DNA of 64,000 bases. Source: Mytilus trossulus. Taxonomy: Eukaryota. Made by a program: the position numbers and the translations under genes. The notes beneath the pieces were generated by a model. It was not told the origin of the DNA. It did not search any database and worked only from the letters and a program-made list of their open reading frames with translations. This document shows, piece after piece, positions 25,947 through 38,887 of the stretch (positions are counted from its first letter, which is position 1; each line of letters starts with the position of its first letter). Location: the NCBI RefSeq assembly GCF_036588685.1, contig NC_086373.1, positions 76,198,001 through 76,262,000 of the forward strand, read 5' to 3'.

Positions 25947-26509
25947 GGAGGTTCGCGGGTATAAGATTTTCAGAAAAAAAATAAACACTATTTTTTCAAT
26001 ACAAATTTTATTTATAACCTTTAATAGTTGTAACTTTATCATTTGGTACAAAAATCTTTCCAAAAAATCAATTTGTGTTGACCCCAGGTGACGTTTAAAA
26101 TGTAGATATCATGTAAAAAGCTCCAAATTATCTCCCTTTGGTGCAAAAATGCCATTTTTTGGCATTAAAATTGAAATATCTTTTTTAACTTATCGGTGAC
26201 CTATATTTTTTATTGTTGTTTTCAAATAAGCTGTACATAAACTAAATAATTGTAAAATTTGAGCGATTTCTGTAATTTAGTTCTTTTTTTATTTCGATAT
26301 TACCGTTTTTTCTCCTATTAGTTCAACAGAAAAAAAGGACATCAACAAAAATGTATGCTTCTTTCGAAGGCAGATTGTGAGCGTAAATTAATGGTGACCC
26401 CATTTTTTTATTTCATTTTTCTATTAAGTATAAGATAAAGTTCATTTATAGAAAAATAAAGAGAAATGCTATATTAAATAAAAAAAATCATTTAGACCCG
26501 CGATCCCCC
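25947..26509. mobile_element. TTAA-targeting MITE (Kolobok-like)
   Basis: tcaa|ggaggttcgcgggtataa ... ttagacccgcgatccccc|ttaa; internal GGTGACC motifs. Confidence 0.65.
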
Positions 26510-26772
26510 TTAATCAGTAATTTTTAAATAGATTTATTGCCATCAATGTATTACTCCAGCAAAGATTCAGGTGGCACATGTACAGGTCAACAAAGTCTTG
26601 TTTACCCTACATACTGGAGTATTGGCAGTTATTTCAAAGTATAGCATGATGATGCTCTGCTATAAAAAAAAAAAAAATGCTGAACTGATCATATAACTCA
26701 GGAATGTTAAGGGGACATAACTTGGAAATTAACATATTTCACATAAAAAATAAAGATAAAACTGAAACTTAA

Positions 26773-27263
26773 AGGGGCACTAGCTGTCAAAATCATGGTC
26801 ATCGATTTGACTCAAATTCTCATATTTGATTTATAACTATGTAAAACATTTATCCAAACTACCAAAAGTCTAAAATAAACAGTTTACAGAGCATGGAGTA
26901 CATAATATGTAGGTTCGTCTCGTGTGTATTTTAGTCCAGACGCCATCTAATTAATTATTGATTTGACAACATTGCTGCAAGTTTTCTTAATCTAAAATCG
27001 ATTTTACATATACATGTATCCATATAGGTAAATAATTTTATCCCAAATTAAGTGAAGAAAGGGGGTAACGGGGTAAGCTTAAAAACTATGTGAATTAAGT
27101 TCTTTATCCTACATTGAACTTTTGATGTCGTCCCTTAATTTGACAAAATTGAACCATTTTGGCTGCTAAAAGCGAATTATTATTTCACTATTTCACTTTC
27201 ATTATTGATTGAACAAAAAAAATCTTACTTTAGTTTTTTATATATCTCGTAGCTAGTGCCCCT
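26773..27263. mobile_element. Kolobok-like MITE (TTAA target)
   Basis: TTAA|AGGGGCACTAGCT ... AGCTAGTGCCCCT|TTAA. Confidence 0.8.
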
Positions 27264-28642
27264 TTAAAAATGCTTATTATAATAAAATTTGAATTTCATT
27301 TTTGATGTCTTATAATGAAAATACAAAAACAAATGGAATTATTCTCAAAAGCATACATTCAAAATAGGAAAATAAAAGATTAGATCATCTTATGAGTTTA
27401 TTGGTTCCCTCTATATTTCTTGCATAAAAAAATGCTGAGTTAGGAAGTTGAGTATTATGTTTTTCAACTTTTTCAGTTTTATTATGCAGCACATTAAATA
27501 ATCTCTATTATGTTTATTTGACACTTGCAGATCTCAAACTAGCAAAAATTGTAGACAAACATTTTTATCAAGATACATTGTATTATGCACAAAGGATATC
27601 AAATGAGTACGTCTGTTTCACAATTTCAATCTTGCATATAAACATTATAATTAGTTTATTATCATTAAACATTTCCAGATCATCACAAAAATGACAAGAA
27701 TGTCACAAACATAATAAGATACATTGTAGAATTCTTATGGTGTATTTACAATGCACCTTTAAAATATCAATGTCGTTTATTTAATAAATATGCTGAGATT
27801 CATGATTCTGTCATTACCATGTAACATGAGATTTCTGGAAAAATGTATGACTGTTTATGATTTTTAATTCTTTAAATACCATTTCTAACGTTTAACATAA
27901 CAACCTTTCAAAAGAATTTTAAAACATAATGATCACTAGTACTGTAGTATTATTAACTTCCAACTTATTTGGTAAAGAATTCTACTACAGGGGTGTATAA
28001 CAACCTCAACAACCAATGGCTGACATGGTCAACAATGCAGAAGATGATCCATCAGTTGAGAGAGTTGAAATTGGGAGGGGTTCAGTTAATTATGATAATC
28101 TCTGCTTCAATCACGCAGAAAATTTCACGGTTTATTATTAAAAACATTGTCCAAAAATTTTTTTAAAAATTGAAAACATGCATGGTCCCTTTTTCTTTAC
28201 AAAAATCAAAGCCTTCCAAATGCAATTATAGAATTTATCTAAGAATATTGATCATTGATTTTACAAAGTTTTCTTTCAGGACATTAAAATACAACAAGGG
28301 CATAAAAAGAGACCCTTCACAAAAGACTTTGCCATTGACGTTGGATTATCTTCTCTTAATTAGTAGTTATAATCATTACATGAAATTTTCTCATACTGAT
28401 TTTCTATCAGATTCAGTTTTATAACTAACATTGCTTTATCAACATAAACACAATGAATGCTTAGGTTAAATAAAAACAATGCTTCCTTATGTCAAGTATA
28501 TTAACTAAAAAAAAATATTTTTAAATCACAATTTTGAAGATAAATTTTGTGTGTGTGTCATATGTTTATATGTATATACATGTATGAAATAACATTATTC
28601 ATGATCAGATTTCATTAACTATTAAACAAATTAATCTCAATC

Positions 28643-28885
28643 TTGTGTAAGTTATCTTTACTAACAACATTGAATAATTTCTTTACTGACATTAATGTGT
28701 AAGTTCTTACTGACAATCATGTGTAAGTTCTTTTCTGACAATCATGTGTAATTTCTTTTCTGACAATCATGTGTAAGTTCTTAGGTACAATTGTGTGTAA
28801 GTTGACAACCTTCAATAAGTTGCAATTGTTTACTGACAATTTACTGAAAATCAGTTATTATCGTATGTAAGTTCTTTACTGGCAA
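28643..28885 (+). repeat. Degenerate ~26-bp minisatellite
   Basis: Repeats of ctgacaatcatgtgtaagttctt(tt). Confidence 0.75.
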
Positions 28886-30471
28886 GTGTGTCATCTTTAT
28901 CTAATAGTTGTACACTTTTCAGATGAATACAAAAGCAATGCAGTTTTTTCATGAAGTGAACCATAGTCTTTTAATCTGAAAAACAAAATAAATTAATTGA
29001 ATTAATAATGAATGACAAGTACAAAAGAACATATTTACAAACTTTAAAAAAAATATACTTGTTCTTACTAATTTATGTATAAGAATGTTTGAATACTTTT
29101 ACAAATGCAATAAAGTACATGTTCATGTAAGTCAGTAACACATGTAGATTTTCACCTGAAGTACACCCAGACCCTGGACATACATGTACAACAGTACCAT
29201 GCTTCACATCACACAATTTCTCATTGTCGTGTACTTTAATGTATGAAGGTGACTTTCCATGATTATAGTCACAATAAAAGGTTTTTTTTTCAAGGTTGGC
29301 TACTTTCGCCCCGCTAGTCATTGTATCTATGGTTATAATAAAAAAAGAATGGCTAATTTGTCAATGTACCAATTATTATCTCAGGAATATGCAATATATG
29401 CAACTTTTAATAGTTCTGTTTAATAACCCCTCATCAACATCAATAACCATGATAATAGATGTATATAAAGATGTATGAGTGTTGATGTAACCTGAAGCTA
29501 GTACAGATGCACTTAAAGCTTGCATAACATAACAACATGATCAAATCTATCCTAGACATTTATTGTTGAAGGTATTTGTTTTTGTAACATAAACATGTCA
29601 CCTGTTAAGTTAAGTTTTAGGTCATCAAAATAAATGAACGTGGCTTTTTAAAACTTTTTCAGTTCAGAAATTGTCCATGCAAAACATAATAAACATTTAA
29701 ACTGGATAAATTTTTGATTTCTTAACATGTTAATCTAACATAACACAGCTGACAACAGAAAAGTAGCTTTGTGTTTAAACTAGTCTTACGACACACGATA
29801 TGACATTTAAGGGTAACATAAACAAATGTACTTTTCTGAATTAATTTTATAAAAGACAGATGGGTTTTTTACACATGTTGTGATACATCAGAATAAAAAT
29901 AATGTTTTGGCAGATTATAAATGCAAAGGTTTAAATCTGTCCTACATTTCTGACATACTTACTTAAGCTTTTTCTTGTATTTTATGTATAGAACCAAAGT
30001 GGGAAATTAAAATTGTGAAGTAATACATATCTACATGTAAAGCACAGAAATGTTTTTTACTTTTAGTTTTAAATTTCCACTTAAATTTTAACATGTTTAA
30101 GAAAATTGATACCATTTGTAAACTTATTTTCCAAAAGACAAATGACATAAAACCATGACCTTATTCTCTGTATTTAAATTAAACTTCTTATCTCTGTCTG
30201 GCACTTAAATCATGTCAATGAACGTACTGAATTCAGCTGGATCAAGTTCAACATTTTACCATACAAAACATGCACATGCCACATTGTATGAATTTGGCAT
30301 TATTTCAGTTAAAAAATTGCTTGCTTAATGCTAAATTACACAACAAATATAACAATTAAATTTCATTTTAATAAATAGTTTTCAACAATATATAAAGAAA
30401 ATCCAATTACTATGATTTGTTAGTGTAAAGATGTCATTAACAGTCTGAAAATAACAGAAGTTTTTAGTGTA

Positions 30472-30949
30472 AACAAGTGAAACTGCGAGCTACTGCTCAC
30501 TGATGATACCTCCGCCGCAAGTGGATAATATTAATAGTGTAAAAATATGCAAGTGTTCGGAAAACAGGAAGTTGTCGAGTGATGAATCTGAAAACACATC
30601 ACACAGTATAGCTGACTTATATAAATCCTGAAACCAAATTTCAGAAATCCTTGTATTGTAGTTCCTGAGAAAAATGTGACAAAAATTTTCAACTTGGTTA
30701 TCATGTGTAAAATCATACAAGTGTTCGGTAAACAGGAAGTTGTCAAGTGATCAATCTGAAAACACATCACACTGTATAGCTGACTTAGAAAAACCCTGAA
30801 ACCAAATTTCAGAAATCCTTGTATTGTAGTTCCTGAGAAAAATGGGACAAAAAATATTCATGGGACGGACGGACTGACTGACGGACTGACGGAAGGACAG
30901 TCAGAGGTAAAACAGTATACCCCCCCTTTTTTAAAGCGGGGGTATAATT
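30472..30949 (-). mobile_element. HINE-type element with two ~168-bp internal units
   Basis: tataccccccttttttaaagcgggggtata hairpin at about 30917-30947, (GACG/GACT)n microsatellite, caagtgttcgg at 30550 and 30718. Confidence 0.7.
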
Positions 30950-31006
30950 AGGAAGACAACATCACCTGCATGTATAATATTATACTTACTTATGAATTAT
31001 AAGGTA

Positions 31007-32215
31007 TCAGTTCCATGTCAATTTCTGAGTATTTTTACATTCATGTAAAGCTTGGAGAGTTTTATCAAAGACTTCCCTCTGTCTATTGTAATCAACCCTG
31101 TGAAAAACCAGCAGGTACATGTAGTTACACATAGACCATCCACTGGAGGACAACTGGAATCTAGCACTAATTGTTGGTGGAATGTTCACTTCTTGAGCTA
31201 AAATTCCCATGTAAGCATCCTCGTTTGGAATGATTTTAATGTACTGACTAATGTTAACAACTTTTTTTACAACATCAGCAGAGAGTAAATAGCCTACACC
31301 ACTGACGTAAGGAGGATATGTGTCCTCCTCATATTCTTCTCTTAGCACGTGCCACCTACTGTCTTGATCACGTATAACTCTACGCTGTTTGGGGTCTGAC
31401 TGGACGTGACCCATGTATAAACTGTTGGCATCTTGATGATGTATTATGATATTATATAAGTTATGAGTATGAACAAAACAATCATCGTCAGTTTTTAATA
31501 TGAATTTGGCTGGGCAATACCTGCTTGCCCAGTGGAATCCTTGCATCACTTTTAGCGATAAGTTTCTGTAAGAGTCTGTATAGCTGCCTGATATTATATC
31601 CCTGAAAGACTTGAATTCCTCTTGTAAACTGTCCTGTAAGTCACTAGACTCGACTTTACCTATAAGAAACAAACATTGCCACGCATTCTCGGAATGTTTG
31701 TACAAAACTGGATTACACCAAGTCTCTCTTATAATTTGTCTATTCTGTATATTTTTGGGTGCAGACACTATAAGAATTAAAAATTCTATACCACTTTTGC
31801 ATATATTTCCAGGAGTATTTCCTAAAATCTCTGAAACATTCCATTTCAGACTATAATAATGATTCTCCATTGCAGCAAATTTTGATGATCCACCAAATTT
31901 TGGAATCAATTTAATTCTGCTTTTGTGAGAGCTGTGGTATGGAACTGTAGGTGGGAAATACTTCAATAAAAAGGTATAAAGCACTATAAAACCAATGGTT
32001 ATAGCAAGGACAGAAGTGATACTAGCTTTTAGTATAACCTTTGGTGATGTCCTATGCCTTCGCATTACTGACTGAACTTGAAGTGAGACAATATATTTAG
32101 TATCAACAGGAGATTCTGTCTGATGAGACGATTCGTCAGGTGTTGTTATTTGGCACTTCAGAGGATTTGCCTCATGCTGAAGATGGTGCATGGTGGGGAC
32201 TTTAGGTGTCCCCAT
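31007..32215 (-). CDS. Beta-1,3-galactosyltransferase / GT31-family type II membrane glycosyltransferase, 402 aa
   Basis: TM helix ITSVLAITIGFIVLYTFLL; GT31 motifs LILIVSAP..NRQIIRETW, DSYRNLSLK, KTDDDCFV (DxD), YPPYVSGVGY, EDAYMG. Acceptor ttttgtctttcAG at 32298-32299 on the minus strand. Confidence 0.93.
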   Translation of the reverse strand: MGTPKVPTMHHLQHEANPLKCQITTPDESSHQTESPVDTKYIVSLQVQSVMRRHRTSPKVILKASITSVLAITIGFIVLYTFLLKYFPPTVPYHSSHKSRIKLIPKFGGSSKFAAMENHYYSLKWNVSEILGNTPGNICKSGIEFLILIVSAPKNIQNRQIIRETWCNPVLYKHSENAWQCLFLIGKVESSDLQDSLQEEFKSFRDIISGSYTDSYRNLSLKVMQGFHWASRYCPAKFILKTDDDCFVHTHNLYNIIIHHQDANSLYMGHVQSDPKQRRVIRDQDSRWHVLREEYEEDTYPPYVSGVGYLLSADVVKKVVNISQYIKIIPNEDAYMGILAQEVNIPPTISARFQLSSSGWSMCNYMYLLVFHRVDYNRQREVFDKTLQALHECKNTQKLTWN

Positions 32216-32858
32216 GGCAAAAATGTTTGTCGGTCACAGATCTTCCACATCAAAACTCTTAGTAGAACAAAGCCATATTCTACTAGTATTCAATAATCTG
32301 AAAGACAAAAGCCGATTTGATAAATTACAAATAAAAATTGAAACAGGTTATTGGTATGTAATTTTACATCAACCTTATATATATCATGCATATTGTCTGA
32401 GACATCCCAGATATTTCAGATCCATATACACATACATGTACAGTAACAAGTTAATCTTATGGTTTGAGCATTGCCTTTACAAGGTATATAGCAATTTTAG
32501 CATTCTCCCCAGTTTATCCATACCTTTCACTAAATACAGCAATTTGAATGTTATTCACATTTTCTTTTAATTTCCACTTGTAATATGGATACTGTGAAAA
32601 GTTCTTGCCCTTACAGATAATAACACAGCATCATAATAACAATTATCGCACTGCGGGTAAATTAATTATCACATTGTGATTGGTTTAACGCCATCACATG
32701 GTGACCCCCTAAGAGACAGTAGGGGTAAGTAAATTTCATAGGGGGTTCATGACACCTTAATGGTGACGTCATCTATTAATGTTGTTGTGTTTCATTGTTT
32801 ATTTTGCAACAAAATGTGGCAGAAAAGTCTAGCGTGCGATAAATTTCTTATACAGTTA

Positions 32859-32981
32859 ACTACTGCCCCCTTACGGATCCATAGAGGGTGAATAAAATCC
32901 ATAGCCTATAGGGGACTCAGCATCCAGCGTCACCCCCTATGGATTTTACTAACCCTTTATGGATCTGCAGGGGGTCAGTAG
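32859..32981. repeat. Palindromic (hairpin) element
   Basis: actactg.cccc..ggatccatagaggg..taaaatccatag pairs with ctatggatttta..ccctttatggatct..gggg.cagtagt. Confidence 0.7.
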
Positions 32982-34019
32982 TGAACCATATAACTTATAA
33001 TAGTTTGATAAACATGAACATTGTTAATTTGACAATGATTCCTCAAACTTATAAATGATAATTTTTTAATATAATTTTGGCATTCTGTTTTAAGAAAAAA
33101 AATCTGAATCAATATAAATTGAATTTGCATGTTACCAAATTTCTGCATACACAAAAATTGCATTTGTAAAAAAACATGTCATCTTCATGTCTGAAAATCA
33201 GTTTAGATAGACATGATAGAGATATAATGTGTATTGTAATTAGCAAAGCAAAGCATACATGTACAAATGATGTCACCATTTGTATACTTTCAATGTTCAT
33301 TTAATGATTTTAGGATATTTAAGCATTTTTTTAACCTTTTTTCTAAAGAGGCATGATTTTTTTTCTCAAAAATTTAGTACACGAATGTATACAGAAAATT
33401 TGGTTAAGGTGGCTCAGTGGTCTTTTTCCATCTTAGATTTGAAGTTAGCAGATCAGTTGTCCTAAATCTTTGATGAAATGTGCAAATTTTGAGAGTAGTA
33501 TGTAATTCATTTGCAAGAATTTTGTAGAACAAAAAAAAGTGATCGTGTTATGGCTGTAATTTATAATCAAAGAGCAGATTGCTCTGAGGGTTACGATTGC
33601 CATTGTTTCATTGACACATGTAAACATGTAGCTGGATAATATTATTTTCAAAACTAATTCAACTGCACATGTAAAATAGTTACAAAATAGCCAATCCCGG
33701 ATAAGCGTATGAACAATGTGATTATGCCTATTGTGTTTTATTTTTATACTATCAATTCCAAGTTTACTTTCCACAGCAGTAACTGAGACTCAGAGTGAGA
33801 GAAGGTATCTATTTCACTTTGTATCTTATCACCTATTTTCCTATGTTAATTCTAGGAGGAACCCCATTCCTAACTCTTTAAATATTTAATTTCCTTTGGG
33901 TCAGTTATCATGTCTCCTTCCCATACATATTTATCGGTTTAAATTGCGATCTTTTTTAATATAATAAGACGTTTTTTGACAGAACCAGCTAAGACTCGAT
34001 GTATTGTTTTGATTTAGAA

Positions 34020-34045
34020 TTCACGGAAGTTACTTCCGGAAAGGA
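34020..34045 (-). promoter_or_regulatory. Candidate promoter of the GT31 gene (paired ETS-like sites)
   Basis: CGGAAGT-T-ACTTCCG(GAA) inverted ETS pair in a locally CpG-retaining patch upstream of the 32298 acceptor. Confidence 0.4.
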
Positions 34046-35354
34046 GACAACTCGAAACGATAATATGGAAGACTCCATTTCGCATGAAGGGGTGTTCTAC
34101 GATGTGGACGACATTTATTTTAATTTAAATGATGCATACGATTTAAAATTATGCAACAACAATAACCCTCAATAGCAGACATACATAAAAAAGATCCCAT
34201 GAGTTATAAATTAATTAATTGAGTGAGGAATCTAGAGCAACCATTCAATCTAAAACCCCTTGAAGTCAAGAAAACTATATGCATGCGTATAATTTCCAAA
34301 AAAAACCCTGGACCAAGAACGAATATTAAAAATGTTTATTAAGTGACCTACATGTAGATGGTTATCTATTGCTTTATGGAAGTAAAATCTCAAATATCAG
34401 TTTCATAACGGTTACATATAAGAAAAACTCCACTTCAGTTCTTATGTGACAGAAATAGATTTATCGGAATTCAGAAAGTCTCGCATTTTATCAAAACTGG
34501 GAATTCCATCTGATGTGCTTCTAAATTTATAAATTCACTAAACATAAATACTGCTTAATTCTGATTTTCCGTGTTGTTAAAAACACGCATAAAAGTCAAG
34601 GGAATTATCAAACGTGAAGATTATGAAAAGAATATCATAGGAATGTTGTTGAAGTTCAATAACTTTGTTTGATTTTACCTTATAAAGCAAGACAATCATA
34701 AGAATTTGAGATGTTCCTTTATGTTTAGAATAAAACGATTGACGTGAGGGCAATGCTCTGAGCCACCGGTATAAGTCTACAGATTGCTTGAAAAGCAATC
34801 GTATCCCAAAAAAAAAACATATTTGTGTTTGATTAATTTTTTCAACTTTGCCAAAAAAGGGGAGATAACTCAGAAAAAGAAATTTTTATCATGTAGTTTT
34901 GGTTTTTTTCACACAAAATTTGATTTTCCATGCATAATCTATACAAAATCTGACAATTAAGCATGTACTTTTTATTAAATTTTTGAAAAAAGCATTATAA
35001 AACCTTCATTTTGATAAATTATTAAAAAATTCTATGCCCCAGCCACTTTCACTAGGTTACTCTGATATACAAAAATGTATATATGATTGTTGATCAAATT
35101 GCTTTATGTACACATGTATTCCAATATTTCTACATTTATAATGTAGATGTATGTATGTGTCTGGATGCTATAAACAGTGGCAGATCCAGATATTTTCATA
35201 AAGGGTCCAGACTGACTGCCTAAGATGGGCCTGCTCCAGTGATTTCCTGTATAATCAACCAATATTTTTCACAAAAGGAGGGGACTCCCTCTAATTTTTA
35301 AACTATCAATTCCAAGTTTACTTTCCACAGCAGTCACTGAGAGTCCGCGAATTC

Positions 35355-36227
35355 TAGTCAAATCGGCACCTTGTTAAATCGGCACCTTGTCAATTCGGCA
35401 CTCAGTATAGTCAAATCGGCACCTAGTCAAATTGGCACCTGGTTAAATCGGCACTTTATATAGTCAATTCGGCACCCATGTTAGATTTATTTATTATACA
35501 TATTTTAACAGTAATTTCAGCAAAAACAGTAAAAATAAGGAAGGGGTTGTCCAGAAATATTCACTTAATTTTATTCACATTAAAATGATTTTTAGGAGTT
35601 GATGTATATATATTTTTCTCTTAACCAGTTACATGTAACTATATGTAAATGCCTATTTTAATTATATATATACAATGATCAAGGATTTGTATAGTTCTCA
35701 CTATACAAATCCTTGCAATGATATATGAGGTACCGTACTGGATATTTTTTATACACTTTTTAACAGTTGAACATTTTGCAGGATTGTTAGTTTAATGCTG
35801 TTTAAACTCTCCTGAAAAAACACCTTGAATTGCTAATTATTTTGCATGAAAGTTTGAATTATTGAAAGAGACTCATAGTTTTCCATTTTATTGCTTCTAA
35901 TTGTCTCATTGTTAAACATTAGTTTGTGTTAGGGCTTCTTTGTTTCTTATGAAGTTTTTGAAGAGAAAACTTATCAAAACCAAAACATCAGTCATAGAAC
36001 GTTGGGAAAACTTTAAATAATTAACCTATGTTTTCTAACTGCTTGATGCTTTTTAATGATGTAATGCATGATAAAATCAAAACCCCACATTTTAAAATCA
36101 TTTTTAAAAACATATAAAATATCAAATATTTTTGGATGCCAATTTGACCAGATGCCGATTTAACCAGGTGCCGATTTGACTTTTACTATGGGTGCAGATT
36201 TGACCAGGTGCCGATTTGACTTGTACC
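35355..36227. mobile_element. Non-autonomous DNA transposon with subterminal AAATCGGCACC arrays, nested in a CAGTGG-type MITE (35175-36244)
   Basis: About seven aaatcggcac-like repeats at 35360-35476 and inverted ggtgccgatt repeats at 36135-36222. Confidence 0.75.
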
Positions 36228-37854
36228 CTCTAAATCCATCTCTGGCTATGCAAAAAATGTCACATGGTGTAGAAAACAAATCCATTTACACATGTACAGA
36301 AAAAGCTCTATCCATATTTTTCAAATAATATGGGGAGGAAGTCCCCAATAACAGTAGAAAATTCAATAAAAAAAAATTCGGGAAATTTTTCCGAATTTTT
36401 CATTGTACTAATGAACTCAAAATCATTCAATTTTTTTTATGTCATGTTTTGAAATCCCGGACCTGCGCAGAAATTTACAATGTACTTCCTTTTTTTTCCG
36501 GTTTTGTTTGTATGAATCTTTTAGTAAAATATATATTTACCAGTCTATTATAAATAGGGAGGAACGCAATACCAATTTCATTTTTAATAATTCCTTGATA
36601 TGAAAAAACGTTACCTAATGATAGCGTTTCTTTGTTTACATTGCATATGCCGTCATAATTTAAATAACGTCACAACTAAAATCCTTAACAACGGAACCAA
36701 AATCGGAAACGTTACAGTATTTCCGTGGGTTTTTTCTAACAAATATTAAGTTACAAAAAAAAATTCATACAGACTTCGTCCCCATTTACAGGTAAAGCCT
36801 GCCTCATATTAACAAAGACAATTGTATTAAAGCTGTCACTGTCGACTTTGTACTTTAACACAGGTAAGACTACTGCAATGTGCTTAAAATTACTGTCGTT
36901 ATTGTCGAAAATCTAAATATTCACGGTTTTTTTTATACTTTTGTAAATATTTTAGTCTAACATGTCTAAGGTTAACATGTGTAATGAATAAATATAACCT
37001 ACCTGGACATGTCTGTAATCATTGATTTCTGTAATGTTAGTAGTTTACATTGATGAAATTTGAATATCTTAATCAACTGATTTTTTTTACAATATTTGAC
37101 TCCTTACCTTTAAAACAACCTGTGTTTTTGATAAACGATAAATGAATACCACGTAATGCCAAGCGCCATTTGGTGTTGTGCCAACAAGGTCAAGGCAATT
37201 TTTCATGGGAGACAACTCTACATTTTTGACACACCTCTTCCGATTTCCACAGAGTCCAAAGTTCACTTCATATTTTGTCAAAATTTATGAGAAATTCTAT
37301 TTAAAATGAATAAAGAAACATTTTTCAATATTTGCATGTCAAAAATCAATATATATTGTTCGTAAGGAGAGTGTGCTTTTCAGCCGGACATTTCTTTAAC
37401 ATCTCAGTATTAAAACTCTACCGTAATTTTTAGGCATACAAAAAAATATGCCATGAATACGGGAAAACTTCTGAAAACCCTTTTGTACACTGTCACTGAA
37501 ATTCTTTTTTAAAGAATGACATTTCACTGATTTAAACATTCTAGTCATTGCGCTTTACCAGAGACATATAATACATTATATGTCTCTGGCTTACTAGGCA
37601 AAGATTATATTAAATCAACATCACAGCTTGAGACCTTCTTCTGAACATGTGAGGGTATGATCTTTCTATCTATTATGATGCATTGGCAGAAGTCCATTAC
37701 TATCAATGAACTTCTAGCATTGGTTACCTAAACCTGAAATTATTATACTATAACATATTCCAGTCTAAACTACACAAAAAAAAACCTGTATAAAATCGTT
37801 TTATCCGTCGACCTCAGCTAGTGTGTTCTTTAACTCAGTCAAAATTGACACCGA

Positions 37855-38230
37855 GCCAAGTTGTAGGTATTCATATGAGCACCAATTGTGCCCCTTTAAA
37901 AGCGGATTTGGTAAATCAAATATTGAACGGAAATTACTATCCTTTTAGATTAAGGTTTTTCAGTTTTATTGACACTAGGAGACTTTTATGCAAAAAAAAA
38001 ACGACAAAAGGGAAGATTTTTCGTTCATTTTGTTTATTGATAATTCAAGTTCTTATTTGAATGGGGATGTTCCTTTGACACAGTCACCATCTTAAGGTGT
38101 TTATATATCACAACTCGTTCGCAACGCCCTTGTCTTTGGTGGCGTTTTTTTAATTTTAACGTAATCAATGCCGTTTTACTGGTATATCACAAGATCAGCG
38201 ATTTCGTTACCACTACTTAAAATATTTGGT
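37855..38230 (+). mobile_element. Degenerate Penelope-like RT fragment
   Basis: VGIHMSTNCAPLKADL resembles the GIPMGTNCAP RT motif, followed downstream by a [14 protein letters not shown] remnant. Confidence 0.6.
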
Positions 38231-38887
38231 TTGTAAGTTTGGCAGTACCTGTAGCCTTTTGTAGTTGACCATGCGATATGGGTTTTAAACAATAGAGGTG
38301 TCACATTCTTAAACTTATTCTTTTCTGTTAAGATGCATAATTTATGAAAAAAAGATATATGGCATTTTTCACTTCGAAAAAATATCGTTGACGTTGGACC
38401 TAGCTTGTCTGGTCTTATGTGGAATTCTTGTAAAGGATGTGATAAATTTTCGGAGAACGAAGTGATACATATTGTTTCACAAATTTGGAAACCTAGAAAG
38501 GCCTATGGTGTTATCAGTAAAGCAGCTTGAGCAAAGATTTTTTTGTTAAAATGTGTTCTATGTTCCAATGAACAAGGAATTCAAACAAGGCTAAACTAAG
38601 CGCTTCAAAATGTACAGAAAAAAAACAGAAATTAATCGTGAAAATGGAGACCCTTAAAGTAAAAGGGTAATTTTTCTTGAAAAACTGGAATGGATATTGA
38701 CTGATTTATTTTCTCTCAATCGATTTTTTACCCCAAACAGCAGTATACTATTGTTGCCTTTATTTTACAATATGTCAAAGGAATGTCACGTACCTGAAAT
38801 GCATGAATTGCTTGTATTGACCCATGTGCACGTCGAAACTACCAATCAATCGAAAATGTTGGTATTATTTCATTTAATTTAAACACC

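Noticed and set aside
28643-28885. CRISPR-like array
   Set aside because: No unique spacers, degenerate head-to-tail units and a eukaryotic context indicate a minisatellite.
28898-28975. Extra coding exon (LKDYGSLHEK...) for DPH5 or the GT31 gene
   Set aside because: Both CDSs already end in their own stop codons; better read as a 3'UTR exon.
35355-35478. CRISPR-like or iteron array of AAATCGGCACC
   Set aside because: Spacers are only a few nt and the motif is mirrored at 36135-36222, so these are transposon subterminal repeats.
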